Shown here: one piece after another, positions 1 to 10,360 of the stretch
How positions within the stretch are numbered: the stretch's first letter is position 1
How the letters are laid out: each line of letters begins with the position of its first letter
DNA from: an uncultured Pseudomonadota bacterium
GTDB lineage: Bacteria > Oederibacteriota > Muellerivitia > Muellerivitales > Muellerivitaceae
Reading direction: 5' to 3'
DNA: 64,000 nt
Assembly (NCBI GenBank): GCA_963770835.1
Contig: CAVYRH010000004.1
Span: 192,001-256,000, forward strand
The notes under the pieces: model-generated
Seen by the model: the letters and a program-made list of their open reading frames with translations, nothing else
Told to the model about the DNA's origin: nothing
The model's database searches: none
Program-made: the position numbers and the translations under genes

Positions 1-303
1 AAAAAGCGGGGGTCGATGTGGTGGCCGTACCGGATTTCGCCTGGGGCTCGGGCGGGCTTCATTGCCAAATACTGCATTAACCGGCCGCTGAAAAAACAGT
101 CGTACCGCAAAGTCGCCTTTATCCCCTTCCAACCTCCTTATAAAACTAGAAAATTGATTTCAGGAAGGTCTTTCATCCTCGGCGAAAGGCCTTTTTCTGG
201 TCGGTGTTCAAAGTGACATTTGGAAGACCGGGGGATATAATTTGCCAACTATTTACGGATGAATGCCTTCCACCCTTTTTCTCGGTTTAACAAGGAGACT
301 TTT

Positions 304-1155
304 ATGAAAAGTATTTTGATCTTTGCACTTTTCCTGGCTTGGGCCCCACTTTTGTGGGCCGATCAACCCAATCCCCCACTGGTTCCCGTCCCAAGTGGCG
401 AAGACACACTGCCTCCGCCTCTTGACCAGATGACCCCCGTAACCGTTCCCTCCCTCCCTGGAAATGAAAACACAAAGTCCGAGCCTCCGGAAAAAGTGGC
501 TCCGCCGCCGATGGTTCCACCCAAATCGGCGGTTTCGGCATCGACTCCCGGGCCAACCATTCAAAGTCCAGTTCCCGAAAAGGTTTCCTCGAATACGGTG
601 ATTTCAGCAGGGGCCCTCACGGATTATTTTCCAGTCCATGAAGGCGCCAAGTGGAACTACGAATACTTGAAACCGGCTTCCGGCGAAACCGCCAAGGGAA
701 CCTATTCAGTTCAATGCACCGAGGCCAAGCAAATGCCGAATGGAACGGTACGCGCCGTTTTTGAGACCACAGAGAACGGTCAAAAGGCGCAGGATCACTA
801 TTCGTTTTATGACAATAAGATTGAGCACATGGGCGAAGATGGCCAAACTTCGACGGGTGACTTTGTGTTTAAGATCCCCTCCGCCGGTGGTAGCTCCGCT
901 TGGTTGGTAACGGAAAAAGACGGGACGGTCCACAAATCCAAGGCCGCCTTCGGCCAAGCCCAGGTTTATCAGAAAACTTATCCTGATTGTGTGGTGGTTA
1001 CGGAAAAAGTCGTTAAGGGCGGCAAAACGGCCAATACTGTCATTTATTATTACGCCAAGGGAACCGGCCTGGTGGCCGTGGAGGTTTATTCGCCGAAGAT
1101 GAAGCTGGTCCAGGACAAATCCGTCGCCCTCGTGAGCGGTTCCGGCTCTCATTGA
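304..1155 (+). CDS. Secreted hypothetical protein with Pro-rich N-terminal linker and beta-rich C-terminal domain
   Basis: AAGGAG RBS before ATG 304; signal peptide MKSILIFALFLAWAPLLWA; Pro-rich segment; DYFP..G.KW.Y and YYAKGTGLV motifs typical of DUF3108/TapB-like beta proteins. Confidence 0.7.
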   Translation: MKSILIFALFLAWAPLLWADQPNPPLVPVPSGEDTLPPPLDQMTPVTVPSLPGNENTKSEPPEKVAPPPMVPPKSAVSASTPGPTIQSPVPEKVSSNTVISAGALTDYFPVHEGAKWNYEYLKPASGETAKGTYSVQCTEAKQMPNGTVRAVFETTENGQKAQDHYSFYDNKIEHMGEDGQTSTGDFVFKIPSAGGSSAWLVTEKDGTVHKSKAAFGQAQVYQKTYPDCVVVTEKVVKGGKTANTVIYYYAKGTGLVAVEVYSPKMKLVQDKSVALVSGSGSH

Positions 1156-1563
1156 AAAAATCGGGAGATCGACCCAGTTTTTGAATTCCCAAGGGTTTTG
1201 GTATTAAAATTGTGGTGAGTTTTGTTTTGGCCCTCAATGGGTTGTAATTCCCCCGAAAAACTGGAAACAAAATCCTTCCTCGGAGTTCCTTGCCGGTAAA
1301 ATCCCTTAAAATAGTTGCAGTTACTCGGTTTCTACGGGTATCATGCTTCCCCTGGCCTCCATCCAACTCATGTTTTTCCCCCGATTGGTAAGTTTACCGA
1401 GGCTCTTTGAACCAAAGAAATAGGGTATGAAGCCCGTTACCCTGCGTGCGTTGCCGTCTTTTTATTCCGCCCTGGGGGTGGAATTCATGGGGGATCCAAC
1501 GGCCCACGTTTTTTGTATCGGGAAATTTAAGGCAATCCCAAATTTTGAGGAGGAAGTACTTCA

Positions 1564-3388
1564 ATGGAAAATGAAATTATCGTCGGTATCGGTGGGGCAG
1601 CCGGAGACGGTGGCGCATCCACCGGGGACAACCTGGCTTTGGCCAGCGCCCGGCAAGGTCTTTTCGTGTACGTCTATACGAGCTATCAATCCCTGATCCG
1701 CGGCGGCCACTCCTGGATACGCCTCCGGATTTCCAGCAAGAATGTCACCAACGTCGGCGACCAAGTGGGCGCCATGATCGCCTTGAACCAGGATTCGATG
1801 GACCGCCACCTGCAGGAATTGACAACCGGCGGCATCTGCGTTTACAACGGCGATAAGGTCAAGCCCGGCAAGGCCCCCGAGGGCGTGCAGCTGTGTCCCT
1901 TGCCCGTGTTTGAGCTGGCGGGCAAGGATGCCCTTCCGATCATGCAGAACACTGTGGCCTTGGGCGCCCTCACCGGTCTCCTGGGATTGGAATTTTCGTC
2001 CCTTTCCTCAGTCTTCGAACACACCTTTAAGAAAAAACCCCAGGTCGTCAAGGCCAACATCGATGCCGCCAAGGCTGGCTACGATTTCGCGGTGAAGACC
2101 TACAAGAAAATCGCCAATCCCCTCGGCAAAACCCCGGCCAAGCTTGCTATGGTGCACGGCAACAACATGTTCGGCCTCGGCGCGGCCAACGCCGGCTGCA
2201 AGGTTTATTGCGCCTATCCGATGAGCCCGGCCACCGGCATCCTTCATTGGATGGCGGGACACGGCAAGGACTTGGGGATCTGCGTTCGCCAAGTGGAGGA
2301 TGAAATCGGCGTCGCCAACATGACCATCGGCGCGGGCCAAATGGGCGTGCGCGCCATGTGCGCCACATCGGGCGGCGGATTCGCCCTCATGACCGAAGCC
2401 ATCGGCATGGCCTCCATCATGGAAATTCCGGTCGTCATGATCAACGTCATGCGCGGCGGACCTTCCACGGGGCTTCCCACCAAGCAGGAACAAGGTGACC
2501 TGAACCAGGCCATCGGGGCCTCCCAGGGTGATTTCCAGCGCGTGATCATCGCCCCCACCTCCATCGCGGACTGCTACTCCACTATGGAAGAAGCCTTCAA
2601 CTTACGCCGAGAAATTCCAGATGCCGGTCCTCATCCTTTCCGACCTCCTGATGAGCGAGGGCCACATGACGCTGGAAACCTCCTTCCTGGACCGTGAGTT
2701 CAAGATCGACCGCGGCGAGATGATCTTCGAGGACGACGGCAAGCCGAAGAGCTACCTTCGTTATAAGGACACCCCTTCGGGCGTTTCGCCCCGGGCCATC
2801 CCCGGACTGTCAAACCACCTTTACGTCTCCGCTACCGACGAGCACGACGAGGACGGGGTCACCATCTCCGACGTCTATACCGATCCCGTCACCCGCAAGA
2901 AGGTCGTGGACAAGCGCGAGCGCAAAATGCAGGGAGTCCTGGCCGCTTTGCCTAAGCCTAAATTGGAAGGATCGGCCGACGCCGACACCGTCATCGTGAC
3001 TTACGGCTCCACCTACGGGGCCGCCAGCGAGGCCGTCGAGCGCATGAACAAAGAGGGCGTGAAGTGCAGCCACCTTTCGGTCAAGTACCTGGTTCCTTTC
3101 CAGGAAAAGGAAGTTACCGCACTTTTGAAGGGTAAGAAAAACATCATCGTGGTAGAAATGAACAAATCGGGCCAATTCGCCCGCCATTTGCGCGCCGAAA
3201 CGGGTATCACGTCCACCGGCAACGTCCGCAAGTACGACGGCGAGCCGTTCGAACCCAAGCATGTCGTCGCGGGCATCAAGGAAGTCTTGAAGGGCAAGGC
3301 GGTCGTCGAGTCCGAGTCGTTGGAACCGGGCTGGCGCACGCCGCATCCTCCGGGACCGGGAGTCATGGCTACTTCGTCGACGCATTAA
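1564..3388 (+). CDS. korA: 2-oxoacid:ferredoxin oxidoreductase alpha subunit (fused gamma-alpha), split by a +1 frameshift near 2605
   Basis: GGAAGDG, YPMSP, EDEI, ATSGGGF, RGGPSTGLPT motifs in ORF 1564-2697; continuation in ORF 2621-3388. Removing one base at about 2605 restores EEAFNLAEKFQMPV. Confidence 0.92.
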
Positions 3389-3394
3389 CAAAAG

Positions 3395-3446
3395 GTAGGG
3401 GCGGGCCTTCGTGCCTACCCTGGGCAGGCGTGGGAGCCTGCCGTAC
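3395..3446. repeat. GTAG-type REP doublet (REPIN-like)
   Basis: GTAGGGGCGGGCCTTCGTGCCTACCC followed by an inverted imperfect copy GGGCAGGCGTGGGAGCCTGCCGTAC, between korA and korB. Confidence 0.65.
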
Positions 3447-3493
3447 GAAAATCATCCGTCCCCTTCCAGGGGGACCACTTTTAGGAGGAAATT

Positions 3494-4390
3494 ATGGCGA
3501 CAGCAGTAGCAGCAGCACCCAGGGACGCGAAACTTTATAAGCCGGAAATCCCGCCCGATTGGTGTCCGGGCTGCGGGGACTACGGGGTCTTGACCGTCCT
3601 CCAGCGCGCCTGCGGCGAGCTAGGGATCCCCAACGAGCAATTGATGGTGGTGTCGGGCATCGGATGCTCGTCCAACCTGCCGGGTTTCTTCCGGTCCTAT
3701 GGCATGCATTCCCTGCACGGCCGTTCCCTGCCGGTGGCTACCGGCGCCAAGATGGGCAACCACGACATGACCGTCATCGCCTGCGGCGGCGACGGGGACG
3801 GCTATGGCATCGGCCAAGGCCATTTCATCCATTCCATGCGCCGTAACGTCAACATGACCTATATCGTCATGGACAACGAAATCTACGGATTGACCACCGG
3901 TCAGACTTCGCCGACTTCCGAGCCCGGCATGAAGACCAAGTCCACTCCTAACGGAAATCCCGAGGGGCAGTTGAACCCGATCGCCTTGGCGCTGGCCGCC
4001 GGCTGCGGGTTCGTGGCGCGTGGATTCTCCGGCGACATCAACCACCTGAAGAGCCTCTATACCCAGGCCATCCAATATCCTGGCTTCGCTCTGATCGACG
4101 TCTTCAGCCCCTGCGTCACCTTCAACAAACAGAATACCTTCGGTTGGTTCAAGGAACGCGTGTACAAGCTGGAAGACAAGGGCCACAATCCCACCGATTG
4201 GGCTTCGGGCATGGAGCGCTCCAAAGAATGGGGAGCGCAGATTCCCATCGGGGTCTTCTACAAGAATCCGAATCCCCAACCTTCGCTCGACGCGGCAGAT
4301 CCGGCCCTGCAGGACGCGGGCTTGTCCAAAACGAAGAAGCTGGGTTTAACGGCGGAACAGCGTAAAAAGCTGATTGAGGAGTACGTATAA
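3494..4390 (+). CDS. korB: 2-oxoacid:ferredoxin oxidoreductase beta subunit (TPP-binding)
   Basis: WCPGCGD, SGIGCS, HGR, GDGDG...N TPP motif, YGLTTGQTSPT, SPCVTFN; AGGAGG RBS. Confidence 0.95.
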   Translation: MATAVAAAPRDAKLYKPEIPPDWCPGCGDYGVLTVLQRACGELGIPNEQLMVVSGIGCSSNLPGFFRSYGMHSLHGRSLPVATGAKMGNHDMTVIACGGDGDGYGIGQGHFIHSMRRNVNMTYIVMDNEIYGLTTGQTSPTSEPGMKTKSTPNGNPEGQLNPIALALAAGCGFVARGFSGDINHLKSLYTQAIQYPGFALIDVFSPCVTFNKQNTFGWFKERVYKLEDKGHNPTDWASGMERSKEWGAQIPIGVFYKNPNPQPSLDAADPALQDAGLSKTKKLGLTAEQRKKLIEEYV

Positions 4391-4430
4391 ATCCGGTACT
4401 CGGCCGTCAGTAAAAACTAAACATGACAGC

Positions 4431-4473
4431 GAAAGGCTCTTCTTTCCAACAAAGAAGGGCCTTTTCTTTTTTT
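4431..4473 (+). terminator. Intrinsic terminator after korB
   Basis: GAAAGGCTCTTCTTT-ccaac-AAAGAAGGGCCTTTT stem followed by T-tract. Confidence 0.75.
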
Positions 4474-4638
4474 GAGGGGTTTGGTTAAATACTTCTGTTA
4501 AATCCACCCCCCGGAGTACCTGTTGCCCGTCAGACCAAAACGGGTGTCCTTCATGGGATTCAGGACACTAGGTCTGAGGGCGACAAAAACATTTGAGCTT
4601 TGGAAGCCCCATCTCAAATGTATAATAAAGGATTTGCC

Positions 4639-5082
4639 GTGCCTCATGTGATTCTCGACAACTGTATCGGCTGCACCCTTTGCGCGGTGAAATGCCCCAC
4701 TGAGGCCATTGCCGGCGAAAAGAAATCCATTTTTCATATTGATCCAGCCCTCTGTATCGACTGTAGCGTGTGTGGTATCTATTGCCCGGTTGAGGCCATC
4801 GTGGACGCGCGGGGGGAGACGGTTAAGAAGATCAAGCCTCTGGAGATCCCCAAGGCCAAGGTGGACCCCGATACCTGTACGGCCTGCGAGTTTTGCGTGG
4901 ACGTCTGCCCCTTCGACTGCATTTCCATGCAGCCCCGTAACGACCATCCCGAATTCTTCAAAATCGCGGTGGTGGACGAGAAAAAATGCGTCAGCTGCAA
5001 GCTTTGCGAGACTGTCTGCATCAAGGGCAGCATCACGGTAGCCCGGCCGGCGGAACTGATGAGTTATCAGCCCCACCGCTGA
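4639..5082 (+). CDS. Polyferredoxin with four [4Fe-4S] motifs
   Basis: CIGCTLCAVKCP, CIDCSVCGIYCP, CTACEFCVDVCP, CVSCKLCETVCI; likely GTG start at 4639 after AAGGA. Confidence 0.9.
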   Translation: MPHVILDNCIGCTLCAVKCPTEAIAGEKKSIFHIDPALCIDCSVCGIYCPVEAIVDARGETVKKIKPLEIPKAKVDPDTCTACEFCVDVCPFDCISMQPRNDHPEFFKIAVVDEKKCVSCKLCETVCIKGSITVARPAELMSYQPHR

Positions 5083-5132
5083 GGCAATGAAGCCGCGGAT
5101 TCAAGGTTGAATTTCGTAATGTTAAGTCGAGG

Positions 5133-5163
5133 AAACGAACCTCCGGTTCGTTTTCTTTTTTTT
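5133..5163 (+). terminator. Intrinsic terminator after ferredoxin
   Basis: AAACGAACC-tcc-GGTTCGTTT then T-run. Confidence 0.6.
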
Positions 5164-5271
5164 GCGCCTATTAATCCGCTTTTATGATGCCTGTCATAAA
5201 GGGGGAGTATTTACATCCGATAGAGTCGGGACCGGTTCAACCGGCCCGGTGGGATTGAAAGGGGAAGTACC

Positions 5272-6261
5272 ATGGCGGAAGAAGTATTTGACCTCATCAT
5301 TATCGGTGCCGGACCCACGGGGATGTTCGGGGGCTTTTACGCGGGTCTAAGGGGCATGAAATTCAAGATCATCGATTCCATGGAAGCTTTGGGGGGTCAG
5401 GTTTCGGCCATGTATCCGGAAAAGGACATCTTCGACGTGGCAGGTTTTCCCCGGGTCTCCGGCAAGCGCCTCGTGGCCGACTTGGAGGAGCAATTGATAC
5501 GCTTCAAACCCCAGGTGATCTTAGGCGAGAAGGTGCTCAAGCTCAACCGGCGGATGGACAACGTTTTCGAGCTCACCACCGACAAGGGCGGCAAGCATTA
5601 TTGCAAAGCGGTCGTCTTGACGCTGGGCATGGGATCCTTCACTCCCAAAAAGCATCCGAACGCCGAGCTTGTTCCCTTCGAGGGCAAGGGCGTGCAATAT
5701 GGCGTCCTGTCGCTGGACCCCTTCAAGGGCAAACGCGCCCTGATCGTCGGCGGCGGCGACTCGGCCCTGGACTGGGCGCTCATGCTGGAGCCCATCTGCG
5801 ACAAGGTCACCCTTATCCACCGGCGCGACGAGTTCCGCGCCCACGAGGATTCGGTCAAGAAGCTCAAAGCCTCCAAGGTCGAGATCAAGCTTTGGTACGA
5901 GTTGAAGACCGTGCGGGGCAAGGACAAGGTGCAGGAGGCGGTCATTTATGAAAACCACACCATGGCCGAGGAAGTCCTGCCGATGGACTTCGTGGTGTTG
6001 AACTTTGGTTTCCAGGCCTCCCTTTCCTTCCTCAAGGACTGGGGATTGACCTTGGAAAAGAACAAAATTCCCGTGAACCAGAAAATGGAAACCAACGTGC
6101 CTGGCATCTACGCGGCGGGGGACATCGTGACCCATCCGGGAAAATTGGACCTGATCGCCACGGGCTTTGCCGAGGGCGCTACGGCCGTCAATTTCGCTAA
6201 GACCTATATCAACCCCAACGAAAGGGCCGAACCGGGGCACAGTAGCAGCTTGAAATGGTGA
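5272..6261 (+). CDS. Ferredoxin-NADP+ reductase, thioredoxin-reductase-like (YumC type)
   Basis: GAGPTG FAD motif, GGQ..AMYPEK.I.DVAGFP, GGGDSALDWA, HRR, YAAGD, C-terminal GHSS; lacks the TrxR CxxC. Confidence 0.9.
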   Translation: MAEEVFDLIIIGAGPTGMFGGFYAGLRGMKFKIIDSMEALGGQVSAMYPEKDIFDVAGFPRVSGKRLVADLEEQLIRFKPQVILGEKVLKLNRRMDNVFELTTDKGGKHYCKAVVLTLGMGSFTPKKHPNAELVPFEGKGVQYGVLSLDPFKGKRALIVGGGDSALDWALMLEPICDKVTLIHRRDEFRAHEDSVKKLKASKVEIKLWYELKTVRGKDKVQEAVIYENHTMAEEVLPMDFVVLNFGFQASLSFLKDWGLTLEKNKIPVNQKMETNVPGIYAAGDIVTHPGKLDLIATGFAEGATAVNFAKTYINPNERAEPGHSSSLKW

Positions 6262-6326
6262 GACGAAGAGCGAGAAACTAAAACTAATTATCCTCACTTC
6301 TATCTCCTAACAACAGGGAGGCTCAG

Positions 6327-7091
6327 TTGGCAAACACGGACATTCGAACCCAAAAAGGGCTGGGAGTCACTTTGCGAACCGACAATTGGTTTGGCGAGCC
6401 TTTGGCCATCGCGGCGGGCCTGATCGCCTTCGTTATTTATATGACCTACGCGGCCTTCACCCCCTACGGCCCCGCCGGCCAGGTTTGGTACAAGTGGGGT
6501 TCCTATATTTCCCCGGCTTTCTCCCCTTATATCAATCCCTCCTGGTATAAATGGTCTCCCGCCATCCTCATCCTTTGGGCGCCTGCGGGTTTTCGGGCCA
6601 CTTGTTATTACTTCCGTAGGGCCTACTACCGGGCCTTTTTCCAGGACCCACCCGGTTGCGCGGTGGGCGAGGAATCCCGCGAGTACAAGGGTGAGACGGC
6701 CTTTCCCTTTATCCTGCAAAACCTACACCGTTATTTCCTTTATTTCGCCATTCTGCTAGTCATCAATCACTGGTTTGATTTGGCTGTGTCCTTCACCAAG
6801 GAGGGACCAAAGGATTATTACGTCGGGATGGGCACGGTTGTTTTGGCGATTGATACGGTGCTTTTGACCCTTTATGTGGGAAGCTGCCACGCTTGGCGCC
6901 ACTTGATAGGCGGTAAAGAGGACTGCTTTTCCGCCTGCCCTTCCTACCGCTACAAAATCTGGTGCCAGGTTTCCAAGTTCAATGAGAAACACGGCCTTTG
7001 GGCCTGGTTGTCCCTTTTCACCGTGGGCTTCGCGGACCTCTATGTGCGCATGGTGGCCATGGGCATTTGGACGGACATCAAGATATTTTAA
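6327..7091 (+). CDS. Succinate dehydrogenase membrane anchor, type-F/mycobacterial Sdh1 (Rv0249c)-like
   Basis: FRATCYYFRRAYYRAFF.DPPGCAV, LQNLHRYF, SCHAWRH, H..WAW.SL..V..ADLYVR; directly upstream of sdhA. Confidence 0.85.
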   Translation: MANTDIRTQKGLGVTLRTDNWFGEPLAIAAGLIAFVIYMTYAAFTPYGPAGQVWYKWGSYISPAFSPYINPSWYKWSPAILILWAPAGFRATCYYFRRAYYRAFFQDPPGCAVGEESREYKGETAFPFILQNLHRYFLYFAILLVINHWFDLAVSFTKEGPKDYYVGMGTVVLAIDTVLLTLYVGSCHAWRHLIGGKEDCFSACPSYRYKIWCQVSKFNEKHGLWAWLSLFTVGFADLYVRMVAMGIWTDIKIF

Positions 7092-7096
7092 AAATA

Positions 7097-7191
7097 CTCG
7101 CCGCAAAGACGCAGGGGCACAGAGTAAAGGAAAAGATTTTTTTAATCGGTTTCTTTCGCCGCTCCCTGTGTTCCTGTGCCTCTGTGGCGAG
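7097..7191. repeat. Long imperfect intergenic palindrome
   Basis: CTCGCCGCAAAGACGCAGGGGCACAGAG ... CCCTGTGTTCCTGTGCCTCTGTGGCGAG. Confidence 0.6.
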
Positions 7192-7211
7192 AATCTTTCG
7201 AGGTGACGAGT

Positions 7212-9092
7212 TTGAGCGATAACTACCAAAGTTTCGAATACGACGTTCTCGTGATCGGCGCCGGTGGGGCGGGCTTGCGCGCCGCCATCGAGGCCTCAGC
7301 GGCGGGATGCAAGACCGGCCTGGTCTGCAAATCCCTCCTGGGAAAGGCCCACACGGTCATGGCCGAGGGCGGCATCGCGGCGGCCCTGGCCACGGTGGAT
7401 TCGCGGGATTCCTGGAAACAGCACTTCTGCGACACTTTGATCGGCGGCAACTTCGCCAACCACTGGAAGATGGCGGAGATCCACGCCAAGCAGTCGCCGG
7501 ACCGCGTGCGGGAGCTGGAAAAATGGGGCGCGGTGTTCGACCGCACCACCGACGGCAAGGGAAACATCAACGTCCGCCATTTCGGCGGGCACACCTACAA
7601 GCGCCTGGCCCACGTTGGCGACCGCACGGGGTTGGAGCTAATCCGCACCCTGCAGGACAAGGGCGTGCATTCCGGCATCGACGTGCACATGGAATGCACC
7701 ATTTATTCCCTCCTTAAGGACGGCGACCGCATCGCCGGAGCCTACGGTTATTTCCGTGAAACAGGCCGCCCCGTCCTTTTCAAAGCCAAGTCCATCATTC
7801 TTTCCACGGGGGGCATCGGAAAACTTTACTCGGTCAATTCCAACTCCTGGGAATGCACAGGCGACGGTTTCGCGCTGGCCTACCTGGCCGAGGCCGAGCT
7901 GGCCGACATGGAGTACGTTCAGTTCCACCCCACGGGCATGGTCTGGCCCGCTTCGGTCAAGGGCCTCCTTATTACCGAGGGCGTTCGGGGCGAGGGCGGG
8001 GTTTTGAAGAACAATAAGGGCGAGCGGTTCATGTTCAAGTACATCCCCCCCAAGTACCAGGGCAAGTACGCCGACACCGAGGCCGAAGCCAACGCCTGGT
8101 TCCAAAAGGTAGTGGTGGAGGGCCAGAAGGAAGAAAACGTCAAGGAACGCAAGCCTCCCGAACTCATGAGCCGCGACGTTACGGCGAGAGCCCTTTGGAC
8201 TGAGATCAAGGAAGGGCGGGGAACGGAACACGGCGGCGTGTACCTGGATATCGCCTCCCGCCGGACCCCCGAGGACATCAAGAAAAAACTCCCTTCCATG
8301 TACCACCAGTTCAAGCAGCTGGCGGACGTGGACATCACCAAGGTACCCATGGAAATCGCCCCCACCTGCCATTACATGATGGGCGGCATCAAGGTCGATC
8401 CCGAAACCCAGATGTCCAACGTGCCGGGCCTTTTCGCCGCGGGCGAATGCTCGGCGGGCATGCATGGCAGCAACCGCCTGGGCGGAAATTCCCTTTCCGA
8501 CCTCGTGGTTTTCGGCAAACTGGCTGGGGAAAACGCGGCGGCTTTTGCCAAGAAAAACGGCGCCCCGAAGATCAACGATGCCGTCTTCACCGACTTGAAC
8601 AAGGAAATGAACCGTCCCTTTGAGAACGTGGGAGGGGAAGTATCCTACGCCATCCTGGCCGACCTCCAGAAGGCTATGGAAAAAGGCGCGGGCATGTACC
8701 GGGAAGAAGCTCTGCTGGAAGGCTGCATCAAGGATTTGGCTTCCCTTCGGGAACGCCTCAAGAAGGTTTCCGCCGAGGGCAACCGCATATTCAACCCCGG
8801 CTGGCACGTGGCGCTGGACTTAAGGAACATGCTCGTCGTGGGCGAAGCCATCGCCCGGGCAGCCAAGGAACGCAAGGAATCCCGCGGGGGCCATACCCGC
8901 ACCGATTACAGTACCTATTCGAAGGATTTCGCCAGGAAGCGCGTGGTTGTGCGCCAGAAGGGCGAGTCCATGGAAGTGGCACAGGAAGACCTACCCCAGG
9001 TTCCGGCGGACCTGGAAGCGGAGCTGGTGAAGGAAGGGTTTTTGAAGGCTGAAATTTTGAAACAAATCCGAGGAGAAGCCCCAGCGCATTAA
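7212..9092 (+). CDS. sdhA: Succinate dehydrogenase/fumarate reductase flavoprotein subunit
   Basis: GAGGAG FAD motif, KAHTVMAEGG covalent-FAD His, QFHPTG, TEGVRGEGG, HYMMGG, HGSNRLGGNSL, ESRGGH; TTG start at 7212 chosen from GAGGTG RBS spacing. Confidence 0.95.
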   Translation: MSDNYQSFEYDVLVIGAGGAGLRAAIEASAAGCKTGLVCKSLLGKAHTVMAEGGIAAALATVDSRDSWKQHFCDTLIGGNFANHWKMAEIHAKQSPDRVRELEKWGAVFDRTTDGKGNINVRHFGGHTYKRLAHVGDRTGLELIRTLQDKGVHSGIDVHMECTIYSLLKDGDRIAGAYGYFRETGRPVLFKAKSIILSTGGIGKLYSVNSNSWECTGDGFALAYLAEAELADMEYVQFHPTGMVWPASVKGLLITEGVRGEGGVLKNNKGERFMFKYIPPKYQGKYADTEAEANAWFQKVVVEGQKEENVKERKPPELMSRDVTARALWTEIKEGRGTEHGGVYLDIASRRTPEDIKKKLPSMYHQFKQLADVDITKVPMEIAPTCHYMMGGIKVDPETQMSNVPGLFAAGECSAGMHGSNRLGGNSLSDLVVFGKLAGENAAAFAKKNGAPKINDAVFTDLNKEMNRPFENVGGEVSYAILADLQKAMEKGAGMYREEALLEGCIKDLASLRERLKKVSAEGNRIFNPGWHVALDLRNMLVVGEAIARAAKERKESRGGHTRTDYSTYSKDFARKRVVVRQKGESMEVAQEDLPQVPADLEAELVKEGFLKAEILKQIRGEAPAH

Positions 9093-9123
9093 TTTTTTGG
9101 TGTTTTGGCCAGGAGGTGTTGTT

Positions 9124-9615
9124 ATGGCTTCAAGTTCGCCCCAACCGCCTCCGCTTCGCGTTTGTGAGGTTTGTGGCCAGACAAGCGCACAAAAGATTTG
9201 TCCAAATTGCGGGACTTCGGCCGCTTTTGTGGGCTGGTTTACCCGCAAGGTAAAAGACAAGATAACAATCATCCTTTTATGGTTAGCATTAATTTTTGCT
9301 TGGATCGAATTGTTCGTCTTGATGAAGGTTGTGCCTACGTTTGCTGACGTATTTGCAAGTTTTGGCGCAAAGTTGCCAGGGCCAACTGTTATTTGGATTC
9401 AAATGAGCAATGGAGTGAAGTTGTTTAATTCTCCTTTTCTTATGTGGATTCCATTTGGGGCGCTTTACCTTTTGATTGTATTTCCATTTGAACGCTTAAG
9501 GATTTTTGGTCTCAAAACGGCAGTTGGGTTGTTTGTTTTTTCAATTTTATTTATTTTTTTTACCATTATTTCGTTGTTCATGCCGATGTTTGAAATAGGG
9601 AATGTCGTCAACTAA
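9124..9615 (+). CDS. Zinc-ribbon plus truncated PilC/GspF-like membrane protein (AT-rich)
   Basis: AGGAGG RBS; CEVC..CPNC; VVPTFADVFASFGAKLPGPT and C-terminal SLFMPMFEIGNVV resemble PilC/GspF TM segments. Confidence 0.7.
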   Translation: MASSSPQPPPLRVCEVCGQTSAQKICPNCGTSAAFVGWFTRKVKDKITIILLWLALIFAWIELFVLMKVVPTFADVFASFGAKLPGPTVIWIQMSNGVKLFNSPFLMWIPFGALYLLIVFPFERLRIFGLKTAVGLFVFSILFIFFTIISLFMPMFEIGNVVN

Positions 9616-9628
9616 AGGGTGGTATGAA

Positions 9629-10360
9629 ATGTCCAACATTCACATGAGGGTCTACCGGGGCAACTCGGAGGGCGGACAACTCAAAGACTACAACGTCGAA
9701 GTGGACGAAGGCATGGTGGTCTTGGACGCCATCCACCGACTCCAGGCCACCCAATCCTCCGACCTCGCCTGCCGCTGGAACTGCAAGGCCGGCAAGTGCG
9801 GAAGCTGCTCGGCGGAAATCAACGGTAAACCCCGTCTCATGTGCATGACCCGCCTGAACGAGTTTGAGGAGGGGGAAACTATCACGGTCGCGCCCATGAA
9901 AACTTTCCCCCTGATGAAGGACTTAGCCACCAATGTTTCCTGGAACTACGAGGTCAACAAGCGCATCCCGCCCTTCACGCCCAAGGACGGGGCCGACTGG
10001 CATTGGGAACAAAGGGACGTGGACCGCATCCAGGAATTCCGCAAATGCATCGAGTGCTTCCTTTGCCAGAACACCTGCCACGTCCTGCGGGAGCACGACA
10101 AGAAGACCGCCTTCGCGGGTCCGCGCTTCTTTGCCCGCATCGCCTCCCTAGAAATGCATCCCATTGACGCCCTGGATCGCACGGGGCTCTTGAAGGACCA
10201 GCAGGGCCTGGGGCTCTGCAACATTACCCGTTGCTGCACCGAGGTCTGTCCCGAGGACATCCACATCACGGATAACGCCATCATTCCCCTGAAAGAACGG
10301 GTGGTCGACAAGTATTACGACCCCCTAAGGCTCCTTTGGAACAAGGTGTTCGGAAAATAA
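9629..10360 (+). CDS. sdhB: Succinate dehydrogenase/fumarate reductase iron-sulfur subunit
   Basis: CKAGKCGSC...C [2Fe-2S]; CIECFLCQNTC; CNITRCCTEVCP. Confidence 0.95.
   Translation: MSNIHMRVYRGNSEGGQLKDYNVEVDEGMVVLDAIHRLQATQSSDLACRWNCKAGKCGSCSAEINGKPRLMCMTRLNEFEEGETITVAPMKTFPLMKDLATNVSWNYEVNKRIPPFTPKDGADWHWEQRDVDRIQEFRKCIECFLCQNTCHVLREHDKKTAFAGPRFFARIASLEMHPIDALDRTGLLKDQQGLGLCNITRCCTEVCPEDIHITDNAIIPLKERVVDKYYDPLRLLWNKVFGK

Noticed and set aside
1..216. + strand 66-aa ORF, and a possible minus-strand gene start at 62 (MKPARAPGEIRYGHHIDPRF)
   Set aside because: Too little sequence to support either call
2590..2625. Programmed frameshift in korA
   Set aside because: No slippery heptamer or stimulatory structure; similar single-base insertions elsewhere point to sequencing error
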